NCBI RefSeq assembly: GCF_006345805.1
Contig: NC_043006.1
Location: forward strand, 79,360,001 to 79,424,000
From: Octopus sinensis
Lineage: Eukaryota
Reading direction: 5' to 3'
Length of the DNA stretch: 64,000 nt
Within the stretch, counting starts at the first letter, position 1, and each line of letters opens with the position of its first letter. Made by a program: the position numbers and the translations under genes. Shown here in pieces: positions 24,607 to 36,638 of the stretch. The notes under the pieces are model-generated. The model worked only from the letters and a program-made list of their open reading frames with translations. It was not told the origin of the DNA and ran no database searches.

Positions 24607-25173
24607 CTGGGTTGTCCGGAAAGTTCGTGCCGATTTTTAAAGGAAAGAAAAAGGTCAATAAATACTTGCCATTACATTTTTAATCATCCAAATATGAACC
24701 ATTTTGTTGCACAATGCATCTCCATCTTTCCTTTAACTTGAAAATACCCTCTTCCCAGAATTGAGGTGGTTTCATGGCAAAGAATTCGTCAAGGTATCTT
24801 TTTATGTCATCCAAGAAATTGAAATTTTTACCATTAAGACTATTCTGCAGAGACCTGAATGAGTGGAAATCCGAAGGAGCAATATCTGGTGAATATGGAG
24901 GGTGGGGTAACACATCCCAGCCAAGCTGCAGCAATTTTTGTCTGGTTCCCAAAGCATCAAGTGCCGAAAATAAACTTTCTTATCTTCCATTTTTAAAGGG
25001 TTACAGAATTAACACAGATTATAAGAACATAAACCTTCTTCCACGAAAAAATAGCTTAAACTGTGCTCTAAATGGAGGTGTAGTCAAATCCTATTTTATG
25101 AACTCAACCATGTTCTAAAATAAGTCGAAAGGTAAGCTACTATAAATCGGCGTGAACTTTCCGGACGACCCAA
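24607..25173 (-). mobile_element. Internally deleted mariner (Tc1/mariner) transposon
   Basis: TIRs of about 30 bp (CTGGGTTGTCCGGAAAGTTCGTGCCGATTT / AAATCGGCGTGAACTTTCCGGACGACCCAA) flanked by TA. The minus strand encodes MEDKKVYFRHLML joined to ...WDVLPHPPYSPDIAPSDFH...FWEEGIFKLKERW (YSPD motif). Confidence 0.95.
24680..24990 (-). pseudogene. Mariner transposase pseudogene (N-terminal stub plus C-terminal part of the catalytic domain)
   Basis: HPPYSPDIAPSDF motif in ORF 24680-24952; the DNA-binding domain and first two catalytic aspartates are missing. Confidence 0.9.
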
Positions 25174-25194
25174 TATTTATTATTACCATTATGA

Positions 25195-25643
25195 GAAGGT
25201 GACAAACTGGCAGAATCGTTAGCACACTGGGGGGGAAATGCTTAAGGTATTTTGCCCATCGCTACGTCCTGAAATCAAATTCTACAGAGATTGGTTTTGC
25301 CTTTCATCTTTTCAGGGCCGAGAAATTAAGTGCCAGTGAAACATTGGGGCCAATGTAATCGACTCATCCCCTCCCCCAAAATAGCTGCCATTGTGGCAAA
25401 ATTTGGAACAATTATAATTATTATATTAAGGCGGTAAGCTGGCAGAATCGTTATTGTGCCAGGTGAAATGATTAGAGGTATTTCACCCATCGCTACGTCC
25501 TGAGTTCAAATTCCACTGAGGTTGGCTTTGCCTTTCATCTTTTCAGAGTCGATAAATTAAGTATCAGTGAAACATTAGGGTCGATGTAATTGGCAAGTCC
25601 CCTCACCCAAAACTTCAGGCCTTGTGCCTTTAGTAGAAAGGAA
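25195..25643 (+). mobile_element. Two head-to-tail family C SINEs
   Basis: Copies at about 25195-25410 and 25427-25643, separated by an ATT-rich tail. Confidence 0.8.
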
Positions 25644-25694
25644 TGTGTTGTTGTTGTTGTTGTTGGTATTATTATTATTATTATTATCATCATC

Positions 25695-26026
25695 AACATC
25701 AAAATCGAAATCGATCAACATCAATGGAAATTGTAGCTGTGATACCAGTGCCAGTGGCACGTAAGAGAACCATCCGAACGTGGCCGTTGCCAGCGCCGCC
25801 CCAACTGGCCTCTGTGCCAGTGGCAAGTAAAAAGCACCATCCGATCGTGGCCGTTGCCAGCCTCACCCGGCCTCCATGCCAGTGGCACGTAAAAAGCACC
25901 CATGACACTCACAGAGTGGTTGGCGTTAGGAAGGGCATCCAGCCATAGAAACATTGCCAGATCAGACTGGGCCTGGTGCTGCCTTCTGGCTTCCCAGACC
26001 CCAGTTGAACCGTCCAACCCATGCTA
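25695..26026 (+). mobile_element. RTE 3' UTR (family D) with internal tandem repeats
   Basis: GCCAGTGGCA(C/A)GTAA...ACCATCCGA.CGTGGCCGTTGCCAGC unit in two full copies plus the start of a third, then the GGAAGGGCATCCAG block. Confidence 0.85.
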
Positions 26027-26027
26027 G

Positions 26028-26161
26028 AGATCCAAGCACTACAACACCAGCAGAAGAAATGTGTGGACTGCAAGGGAGACTATGTTGAAAATTAAACCTC
26101 ATTTGGTCTCATTCCATGAACGTATCTGAGCTAATCTATGAACTTTTCAATCGACCCTCAT
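26028..26161 (+). mobile_element. Mariner 3' end fragment
   Basis: Translates IQALQHQQKKCVDCKGDYVEN*, a mariner-type C-terminus, followed by the TIR-like AACTTTTCAATCGACCCTCA. Confidence 0.7.
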
Positions 26162-26644
26162 GTGTGTGCATGTGTGTGTCTCTTTGTCTTGATACTGTTT
26201 AGTAGCTGTGAATACCACTGACATACAAGCAGTGTCACACATTTCCAATATCCTGTGAGAACACGTCTGATCTTCGAGAAATATTACCTTGCATGGGAAC
26301 AGATGAGGGTTGGCAACAGGAAGGGCATCCAGACGTAGAAAATCTGCCTCAATAAACACTCCATCCAACCCATGCAAGTACTCTTTTACTCTTTTACCTG
26401 TTTCAGTCATTTGACTGTGGCCATGCTGGAGCACCGCCTTTAGTCGAACAAATCGACCCCAGGACTTATTCTTTGTAAGCCTAGTACTTATTTTATTGGT
26501 CTCTTTTGCCGAACCGCTAAGTTACGGGGGACGTAAACACACCAGCATCAGTTGTCAAGTATTGAAGAGTGGATGTTAAAGCAATGATGAAGATGATGTC
26601 GGTTATGATGCTGGTGGTGGTATTAATGATGATGATGAATATAT

Positions 26645-26842
26645 ATCTGGCACCTGTGCAGGTGGCACGTAAAAAGCACCCACTACACTCACGGAGTGGT
26701 TGGCGTTAGGAAGGGCATCCAGCTGTAGAAACATTGCCAGATAAGACTGGAGCCTGGTGCAGCCTTCTGGCTTCCCAGATCCCCGGTCGAACCGTCCAAC
26801 CCATGCTAGCATGGAGAACGGACGTTAAACGATGATGATGAT
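26645..26842 (+). mobile_element. RTE 3' tail (family D)
   Basis: Near-identical to 12940-13105; (GAT)n tail. Confidence 0.85.
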
Positions 26843-26944
26843 ATACACACACACAAAGTATGGAGGTTTAGTTCACAGGTGATCTAAACGATTAGGTATG
26901 CTAGTTAAGTGCTGTAATGGATTACTTTGTTGCCCTCTTTAACA

Positions 26945-26984
<40 letters not shown>

Positions 26985-27110
26985 CCAAGGTCGACTTTGC
27001 CTTTCATCCTTTCAGGATTAATAAATAAGTACCAGTTGCTTACTGGAGCCAATCTAATCAAATGGACCCCTCCCCCAAAATTTCAGGCCTTGTGCCTAGA
27101 GTAGAAAAGA

Positions 27111-27179
<69 letters not shown>

Positions 27180-29659
27180 AAGCATTGTTGAAAAACAAGA
27201 AGTAAGCTAAGTGATAAGATATATTCTACCACTTCTCCAAATCTTCCATGCTTCCCACATACTTAGAGGATATGGACGGTTTTCAGATGAGTCAAAGTAG
27301 AAGTGATATATGAATCTCACAAATGGCCTTCTGTTGAAAGATCTAAAATAACTGCATAATTTATATAGGTTTTGTTTTTTAATTTTATTTTACACATTTC
27401 ATTTAATTTTGATGTAAATGAGAATCATATGCACAGGAAATAGAGGTGGGGAGAAAACAAGCAGAAAATAGCTGAGTGCAGTATGAGAAATAAATGGTAT
27501 CAGAGAGACAGAGAGAGATGGAGAAGGATGGAGGAAAGGAAGAACAGAGATATCAATAAATTTAAAAGGAAAAAAAGACAGCATGGTATCAAATGAGAAA
27601 TATATTAGTAAAATACTAAATAATAATGGCCAGATGTTTCCAAGAGAATATAGACAGAATATATCAGAAGATAATTCTATTCTCAGCCTCATTTCTTCAT
27701 CTATTAACATCTCAAATGGTTAACAAAACTGGTGCATTTGAATAAGGCTGTTGCTTTCCATTTTTTTTTTTTTGTTTATGGTTATTTTTTGTTTTGGTTC
27801 ATTTTTTTGCTGCAATATTCCATATGCAAAATGGTACATTAAGGAGTAGGGAGGAATCAATAGCAATGAATTTTCCAAATCTTTATCTAACATTGACTGT
27901 CATTTACATATTTTCATTCGTATCTTTTCAACCAAGAAGTTTCAAGTTCAGTCTCACTGCCAGGCATCTTAGGCGAGTGTTTTCTACTATAGCCAGCCCC
28001 AGGGTCATCAAAGCTCTGTGAGTGGATCTAGTAAAGAGAAACTGAAAGAAGCCCAACATGTGTGTGCGTGGGAAAATGAAAGTTTGATTCCCCTCACACT
28101 CACCAGTTTGTAAACAACGGCTTTCTGATGGTGCCGTTTGCTTGCACCCCACTACAAAAGCATACCCTAGCTTCTTCAAACATCACACTTTGTCTTTCAT
28201 CCTCTCGGGGTTGATAAAATAAATACCAGTTGAACACTGGGGTAGATGAAATTAACTTATTCTCTCCCCCAAAATTGCTATCCTTGTGCCAAAATTTGAA
28301 ATCCTTATTATTATCAATTTCAAATTCTGAGGTCAACTTTGCCTTTCATCCTTTCAGGGTCGATAAATTAAGTACCGGTGAAATACTGGAGTTGATGTTA
28401 TCGACTAGTTCCCTCCCCCAAATTTTCAGGTCTGTGCCTTTAGTAGAAAGGATTGTTATATTATCAATTTGTCAGTCCTCAGAAATGGTATAAGACGTTC
28501 CTGAAAAAGAAGACGACGACAAATGAGTTTAGAACTGGGGACCTTTGTAATTAGCTAACCACCAATTCCTCACAAAATTACTGGTCTGCCTAAATTAGAA
28601 ACAATTATAAACTCTTTTCTTAACGAACCCCCTGAGAGCACTCCTAGCTTCTATGAGATGAAATCCTTGTTTTAGAGTGATCTCTATTAAAAACTTTTCT
28701 TCAAAATTCCATGTTAGTTACATTTCAAACACCAGCTTAACAACAAAGTTAATTTGATAAATTCTTCTTCATTATTTTCAAAAATTAACTGAAACAAAAA
28801 TAGCACATTTTAACAGAAATATGGTAACAAAAGGGTTATGCTGTTTGTTTTCTTTTGTTTGTTTTTTTTTTTTGGGGGGGGGGGGTCTCTAGTTTCAGCT
28901 CAGAGCTGCAGCCATGCTGATGCACCAATGTAACTTAAAAAGTTCTTACATGAAATTATTACTGAAGGTTTTAATTTGAATATGACCATTTTGAAATGGA
29001 AGAATTTCATATCATAGAAGCAGAAACCATCTCAGGGAACATGATGATGAGTGAGGGGAGGGGGGTTCAAAAGGGTTAAAGACTGGACAAGTTTAACCAC
29101 CTTCAAATTTCAAGTCAACTTCTTTTTTCTTTTTTAAGTGATCTATTTTTTTTTATCTTTAATCTTTAATCTTTTAATACACACTTGTTACAGCCAAGGG
29201 AGTGTGGTCATGCTGGGGCATCACCTTGAAGGGTTTACTTGAACAGCTTGATCCCAGTACTTGCTGTTTATTCTGGTACATTCTCTGTTAGTCTCTTTCG
29301 TCGAACCACTAAGTTATGGGAATGTAAACACACCAGCACCAGTTATCAAGCAGTAGGAACAACAAACACACACACACATAACACACATGATAACTTCCAC
29401 AGTTTCCATCTTCTTGGAAAATGTACACCACAAAAATTCATGAGAAAAACATGGTGGGCTTCCAAATCTAAATTTGTTATTAATTGCAATACACAACAGC
29501 AGCAGCAATGCCGCCACCATTGATGCAGTTATCGCCATCATCATCTGATAGACAGAATCAAAAAAATTAAGCTATATTCATTGAATCATCTAGAGAGAGG
29601 AAAAAGGAAGCACATGGCTCAAACATCCACACTTTTTATAATCATAAAGAAAAACTATT

Positions 29660-29690
<31 letters not shown>

Positions 29691-29875
29691 TTATGCAATG
29701 TCTGAATTGTTTTGTTTTTATTTTGTTATAGAAGGAGTGAGTAAACTTTATCTCAATCATCAGTTTGTAATATATGACAGAGAAAACAAGTTAGACCATC
29801 CTTTCAGAAAACATCCGGGCCTTTCCTTAAGACTCAAAGATGAAAAGTTTTCAATATATATGTATGTATGCAAAT

Positions 29876-29918
<43 letters not shown>

Positions 29919-29974
29919 GATATACAGAGATAAACAGATAAATATACAGATATATAGATAGATAGATTGAATAT

Positions 29975-30142
29975 AGATGCAGGAGTGGCTGTGTGGTAAG
30001 TAGCTCACTTACCAACCACATGGTTCCAGGTTCATTCCCACTGCGTGGCACCTTGGGCAAGTGTCTTCTTATAGCATCGGAAACTGAAAGAAGCATCATC
30101 ATCATCGTTCATTTTCCGTGCTAGCACAGGTTGGAGCCCGTC

Positions 30143-30191
<49 letters not shown>

Positions 30192-30382
30192 ATATGTTTG
30201 TGTGTCTATGTTTGTCCTCCAACATCGCCTGACAACCGATGGTGGTGTGTTTACGTCCCCGTAACCTAGCGGTTCGGCAAAAGAGACCGATAGAATAAGT
30301 ACTAGGCTTCCAATGAATAAGTCCTCGGGTCGATTTGTTCAACTAAAGGCGGTGCTCCAGCATGGCCACAATCAAACAAGTA
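29975..30382 (+). mobile_element. SINE family A with a short antisense RTE-tail insert (about 30094-30135)
   Basis: The consensus is interrupted at GAAGC^CCGTC by (CAT)n...TTCCGTGCTAGCACAGGTTGG. Confidence 0.8.
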
Positions 30383-30461
30383 ATTATTTTGACTTGTGAA
30401 CACATCACTTGTAGACGCAGTCACTGATTTACAAGCAGTCGTAGGCAAACTTGTAGATTTC

Positions 30462-30685
30462 ATCATCATTATCATCATCTTTTAACGTCCGCTTTCCATG
30501 CTGGCATGGGTTGGACGGTTTGACTGAGGACTGGTGAGCCAGATGGCTGCACCAGGCTCCAATCTGATCTGGCAGAGTTTCTACAGCTGGATGCCCTTCC
30601 TAATGCCAACCACTCCGGGAGTGTAGTGGGAGCTTTTAGGTGCCACCACCACGAGGGCCAGTCAAGTGGTACAGGCAACAGCCAT
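30462..30685 (-). mobile_element. RTE 3' tail (family D)
   Basis: (CAT)n TTTAACGTCCGCTTTCCATGCTGGCATGGGTTGG...GGATGCCCTTCCTAA. Confidence 0.85.
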
Positions 30686-31254
30686 AATTAACTGATCCTC
30701 CTGTATTTTCTTTTACCCAAAGCCAACAACTTTTCAGCACCACCTCATATATGCTCTAGAGTAAAGCATCAGATGAGTACAGAGTGTAATATCAATTAAT
30801 GAATGACAAAAAAACAGGAGTTATGTAATCACTTTTGTTAGCTTACAGCAGTGCTTTTTTCAGCTATTTAAATGAAGTTTATACACATACATACGTGTGT
30901 GTGTGTGTATACACATATATATACATGCATACACACACACATATATATACACAGGTATACACACACAGATTTATATATAGCATTTAATAAATCGTTTTTA
31001 TTTTTTAATTTATAGCTGTAAAACCCACCACTCTATATCTTTCGAACCTCAATGAAAACACCCTTTTGGCTCACAATAATTATGTTATCATTCAACCAAC
31101 AAGAAACCACAACCAACGTCACTCTAAATTCATATCCCACCACCTTTAAAAAAATGAAAAAGAAAGATATCTAGAGATTATACTGAGTCATGTAAGTCTT
31201 AGTTATAGAATACCAAAACAAAAAAAAGGGAAGGGTGATAACTAGAAGAGTTGT

Positions 31255-31655
31255 GGTGTGGTGACCTTGTGGCACCGCAATGACCCTAAGAGCAACATCA
31301 ACATAGTGCAAGCTCCAGGTAGGATCTCCCATGCTAGATAGGTCAAAGGACAGAGGTCAGATTAACATGGACCATCTCTTCCCAGAAGTAAAAACAGGTT
31401 TGCGTAGGAACAACACCCCTACCTAGAAAAAAACAAAATTATAGAAGCGTCAATGACAATTCAAAGCCAACAAGACCTGAGAAAAAAAGGCCATCCCTCA
31501 AAGATATATGGGATGGTGCAGTGAAAGAAAAGGCACACTAAAAATAGCTGCAGGTGGGATGCTTAGGCAGAACTGGAAAATCAGGCAGAAGCAGAAAATA
31601 CAGCCGAGGGTCAAGAGAAAAGTCGGGAGCCTATGCTTCTTCAGGAACAAAGGGC
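31255..31655 (+). mobile_element. Degenerate RTE-derived element (5' UTR-like part joined to a 3' end)
   Basis: CAATGACCCTAAGAGC...GGTAGGATCTCCCATGCTAGATAGGTC resembles RTE 5' UTRs; the end AGCCTATGCTTCTTCAGGAAC resembles RTE ORF termini. Recognition from memory. Confidence 0.45.
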
Positions 31656-31659
31656 TTAA

Positions 31660-31879
31660 CCCTTTTGTTACTGTATTTATTTTGAGATGCTCTGTGTTTC
31701 TTTCAATTATTTTTAAAATAACAAAGAATTTAGTAAAATAACTTAGTTATCATCAAGCTAGTGTTAGGAACGTAAATTGAAACTAAGGCTTGGTGGAATA
31801 TTCTAATTCAAAACTTATGAAAACAAGACATTTTACCACAGAGCCAGAGCCGGTTTTGGCTGGGTTAGTAACAAAAGGG
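31660..31879. mobile_element. piggyBac-type MITE
   Basis: TTAA TSD at 31656-31659 and 31880-31883; TIR CCCTTTTGTTACT / AGTAACAAAAGGG. Confidence 0.9.
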
Positions 31880-31913
31880 TTAAGAAGAAGAAAATAGACT
31901 GGGTATAGTTTAA

Positions 31914-32138
31914 CCCTTTAGTATTTAGGTTACTCTGTCAAATATAATGATTATTAATTCCCATTGTTTTGAATTAACCATGAATTGTCTTGTAGCTACA
32001 TCAAAATGTTGATGATGGGACTATTTTTAGAAATTTTAGAATGTAGGCTAGGAGTAAAAGGCCAGATCTGAACAGGTGGAACATAAAGCAGGTAGTTTAA
32101 TATTTTGGCTGGATAAGGCCAGTTCAAATGCAAAAGGG
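31914..32138. mobile_element. piggyBac-type MITE (second family)
   Basis: TTAA on both sides; CCCTTT...AAAGGG termini; homologous to 52354-52574 and 62931-63149. Confidence 0.85.
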
Positions 32139-32189
32139 TTAAACATTTTTGATCACAAGTCTTCTCAAATAAGACTAGACTGAGACTAT

Positions 32190-32410
32190 AATAATAATAA
32201 TAATGAAATTATTGTATACAGTGCTCAGGTGCACCACAACTTGTCGAAAGTGAGTATAAAGCATATGCAGTAATGTACAAATGTCTAGGAAGTGAACAGT
32301 GTCGGAGTCAGATACATGCTTGTGTGTGTATGGAGGGGGAAAAATCAGGTGTAGTGTTGGCGAATCTCAGGAAGCATGGAAGTTTTGAAGGATACAGTGC
32401 TCCGACAACT
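32190..32410 (-). mobile_element. CR1/L2-like LINE 3' end
   Basis: The minus strand reads SCRSTVSFKTSMLPEIRQHYT*, then a 3' UTR ending in (ATT)n. Confidence 0.55.
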
Positions 32411-32608
32411 AAACAACAACAACAATAATTATTATTTCCTCAAATTCAAGACAAAAACAGCAAAATGAGAGGAAGATGAAATAATGATGAAAAGGAAGAC
32501 AAAAATGATGAAGATGGAAGGAAAGCAAAAAGAATGAAAAGGGGATGGTAAGAAGTTGAACGAAGGATAACTTTAATGATGAAATACCCCACCAGCTTTT
32601 GGATATTT

Positions 32609-32995
32609 GCATGGAAGCACTCCGTCAGTTACGACGATGAGAGTTCCGGTTGATCCAATCAACGGAACAGCCTGCTCGTGAAATTAACGTGTAAGTGGCT
32701 GAGCACTCCACAGACACGTGTACCCTTAACGTAGTTCTCGGGGATATTCAGCGTGACACAGAGAGTGACAAGGCCGGCCCTTTGAAATACAGGTACAACA
32801 GAAACAGGAAGTAAGAGTGAGAGAAAGTTGTGGTGAAAGAGTACAGCAGGGATCACTACCATCCCTGCCGGAGCCTCGTGGAGCTTTTAGGTGTTTTCGC
32901 TCAATAAACACTCACAACGCCCGGTCTGGGAATCGAAACCGCAATCCTACGACCGCAAGTCCGCTGCCCTAACCACTGGGCCATTGCGCCTCCAC
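32609..32995 (-). mobile_element. Full-length tRNA-derived SINE, family E
   Basis: 11-bp TSD TTTGGATATTT at 32598-32608 and 32996-33006; head GGCGCAATGGCCCAGTGGTTAGGG...GGTTTCGATTCCC with A and B boxes. Confidence 0.92.
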
Positions 32996-33465
32996 TTTGG
33001 ATATTTAGAGAACCATAGAAAGAATTTTTTAAATCACTAGATAACAATGGTGTCTACATTAAACAAAGTTTGACATTTGATTCAATAGGTGACCTGCTCG
33101 TATTTGCAAACGCCTGATTCTTGTGTAACATTAATGGTTTTAACAAGCAGTCTACAATGCCCTTCTCTGTCACTTCATCCACCCGCATGGGGAACTGGTA
33201 TTGAAACCTCCTTTATTTTCCCCCCGTTTCACTGACATATTAATTTAGAAAATTTACAGGCAAATATGACTGATACGAATACAACAATACAGTATTCTAG
33301 CATTTAAAAGATTTTATTTAATTAATAAACATACGTACGTATGTATGTATGTATACATCTGTGAATGTGTGGGGATACATATCCATGTGTGCGAATGTAT
33401 ACATACATACAATAAGCATGTGTGTGAATGTATCTATATATAGATCCCTGTCTATGTATGTGTGA

Positions 33466-33510
<45 letters not shown>

Positions 33511-33849
33511 TACATACACACACACACACATATATATTTGTGTGTGTGTGAGTGTGTGCAAATCCATTTATAAACATGCAAACACAAACATGTATATATG
33601 TGTATGTATATATGATTCAATTTAACATCAAAACAATTTATAAATTTTCAAACAATCTACTAAACTTCAAGATCAAATACAAGAGTGAATTTGGCCAACA
33701 AAATTGTCAAACCACACACACACACACACACACACACATCAAACAAACATATAGACAAATGTCTACCTCCTTGTAACTAAACAAGTTAAGACAACTCATG
33801 ACTAATTCTATTCAATTAACAGTGCTTACAGAACCCTTCTCATTCAAAA

Positions 33850-35500
33850 TGATTCATTCTACTCTCACTCAAGTCATTCTACTCTTACTCAAATCATTCT
33901 AATCACCCACAAGTCATTCTAAACTTGCTCCAGCCACTCTACTATCGCTTAAGTTATTCTAATCACGCTCAAGTAATTCTACCCTTGCTCAAAGCATTTT
34001 ACTCTCACTTGAGTCATTCTACTTTCACTAAATCCATTCTACTCTCACTCAAGCTAGTCTATTCAAGTCATTCTGCCCTCACTCAAGTCATTCTGCTACC
34101 ACTCAAATCACTCTGCTCCCGTTCAAGTCACTCTGCTCCCGCTCAAGTCACTCTGCTCCCGCTCAAGTCATTCTGCTCCCGCTCAAGTCACTCTGCTCCC
34201 GCTCAAGTCACTCTGCTCCCGTTCAAGTCACTCTGCTCCCGCTCAAGTCACTCTGCTCCCGCTCAAGTCACTCTGCTCCCGCTCAAGTCACTCTGCTCCC
34301 GCTCAAGTCACTCTGCTCCCGCTCAAGTCACTCTGCTCCCGCTCAAGTCACTCTGCTCCCATTCAAGTCACTCTGCTCCCGCTCAAGTCACTCTGCTCCC
34401 GCTCAAGTCACTCTGCTCCCGCTCAAGTCACTCTGCTCCCGCTCAAGTCACTCTGCTCCCGCTCAAGTCACTCTGCTCCCGCTCAAGTCACTCTGCTCCC
34501 GCTCAAGTCACTCTGCTCCCGCTCAAGTCACTCTGCTCCCGTTCAAGTCACTCTGCTCCCGCTCAAGTCACTCTGCTCCCGCTCAAGTCACTCTGCTCCC
34601 GCTCAAGTCACTCTGCTCCCGCTCAAGTCACTCTGCTCCCGCTCAAGTCACTCTGCTCTGCTCCCGCTCAAGTCACTCTGCTCTGCTCCCGCTCAAGTCA
34701 CTCTGCTCTGCTCCCGCTCAAGTCGCTCTGCTCCCACTCAAGTCGCTCTGCTCCCGCTCAAGTCGCTCTGCTCCCGCTCAAGTCGCTCTGCTCCCGCTCA
34801 AGTCGCTCTGCTCCCGCTCAAGTCGCTCTGCTCCCGCTCAAGTCACTCTGCTCCCGCTCAAGTCACTCTGCTCCCATTCAAGTCACTCTGCTCCCGCTCA
34901 AGTCACTCTGCTCCCGCTCAAGTCATTCTGCTCCCGTTCAAGTCACTCTGCTCCCGTTCAAGTCACTCTGCTCCCGTTCAAGTCACTCTGCTCCCGTTCA
35001 AGTCACTCTGCTCCCGCTCAAGTCACTCTGCTCCCGCTCAAGTCACTCTGCTCCCGCTCAAGTCATTCTGCTCCCGCTCAAGTCATTCTGCTCCCGCTCA
35101 AATCATTCTGTCCCTTCAAGTCGTTCTGCTCCCACTCAAGTTCTTCTGCTCCCTTCAAGTCATTCTGCTCCCACTTAAATCATTCTGCTCCTGTTCAAAT
35201 CATTCTGCTCCCACTCAAGTCATTCTCCTCCCACTCAAGTCATTCTGCTCCCGCTCAAATCATTCTGCTCCCTTCAAGTCATTCTGCTCCCTTCAAGTTG
35301 TTCTGCTCCCACTCAAGTTCTTCTGCTCCCACTCAAGTTCTTCTGCTCCCTTCAAGTCATTCTGCCCCCGCCCCCTCAAGTCATTCTGCTCCCACTCAAG
35401 TCATTCTGCTCCCACTCAAGTCATTCTGCTCCCAATCAAGTCATTCTGCTCCCACTCAAGTCATTCTGCTTTCACTCAAATCATTGTTTCCACTCAAATC
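33850..35500. repeat. 20-bp tandem repeat (GCTCAAGTCACTCTGCTCCC)n, about 80 units
   Basis: Near-perfect core at about 34100-35100 with degenerate flanks. Confidence 0.97.
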
Positions 35501-35782
35501 AGTCATTCAGTAAAGCAAGTGCTAGCACCCACAAAATCTTAGATATTTCTGCATGAGCAATTCTCAGTGCTTACTGTCTTAAGATTAAGAACATTAGGAG
35601 CTGAAGTAAAAAAAAAAAACATTAAAAACTAGTTTATCAAATTATTAAATATAGTGGGTGGGCATTATTTTTGAAGTTGTTTATTTATGGTGTAGGTTTT
35701 TGTTAGTTATTTTTTCATAAGATTAGAGCAGAAATATTGATATATTAATACAAGCACAAACACATTCATTCATACATGCATG

Positions 35783-35838
<56 letters not shown>

Positions 35839-36165
35839 TTATGTATGTGTATATGTATGTGTGTGTGTGTATGTGTGTGTTTTTATGCTATAATAAAAAC
35901 AGTCTACCATTAAACTAAAGTATGACTCAGTACTTTTGGTACAGTACAAATTTGTTTATTATTCTTTAACAAGAATAGTACCGACAGTGACTTCGAAGTT
36001 TCAGCCAGCTAGGCCATCATTGGACATATATACATGACATACATGCCTGTATACATACATTCATATATACATATACATACACACATATATATACATGCAT
36101 GCATACATACATTACATACATACATGCCTATATACATACAGGCATATGTAATTATATATATACAT

Positions 36166-36358
36166 ATTCTTTTACTCTTTTACTTGTTTCAGTCATTTGA
36201 CTGCGGCCATGCTGGAGCACAGCCTTTAGTCGAGCAAATCGACCCCAGGACTTATTCTTTGTAAGCCTAGTATTTATTCTATCTGTCTCTTTTGCCAAAC
36301 CGCTAAGTTACAGGGACGTAAGCACACAAGCATCGGTTGTCAAGCAATGCAGGGGGAA

Positions 36359-36425
<67 letters not shown>

Positions 36426-36638
36426 GTATATATATGTGTATACATATATTGTATATATATGTATATATATATACATATATATACAACAGGCTTCTTTCAG
36501 TTTCCGTAAACCAAATCCACTCACAAGGCTTTGGTCGGCCTGAAGCTATAATAGAAGATACTTGCCCAAGGTGCCACGCAGTGGAACTGAACCCAGAACC
36601 ATGTGGTTGGTAAGCAAGCTACTTACCACACAGCCACT
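36166..36638 (-). mobile_element. Full-length SINE family A with expanded internal (CA)n/(TA)n
   Basis: Reverse complement of the family A reference copy. Confidence 0.9.

Noticed and set aside
32920-32995. tRNA-like sequence (also the heads of all SINE copies)
   Set aside because: A and B boxes are present, but it continues into a SINE body flanked by TSDs and lacks a complete acceptor stem.
33925-35178. 417-aa ORF
   Set aside because: It is a translation of the 20-bp tandem repeat (20-aa periodicity equals three units), with a non-ATG start and no domain.
33850-35500. CRISPR-like array
   Set aside because: Units are contiguous with no unique spacers; eukaryotic context with no cas genes.
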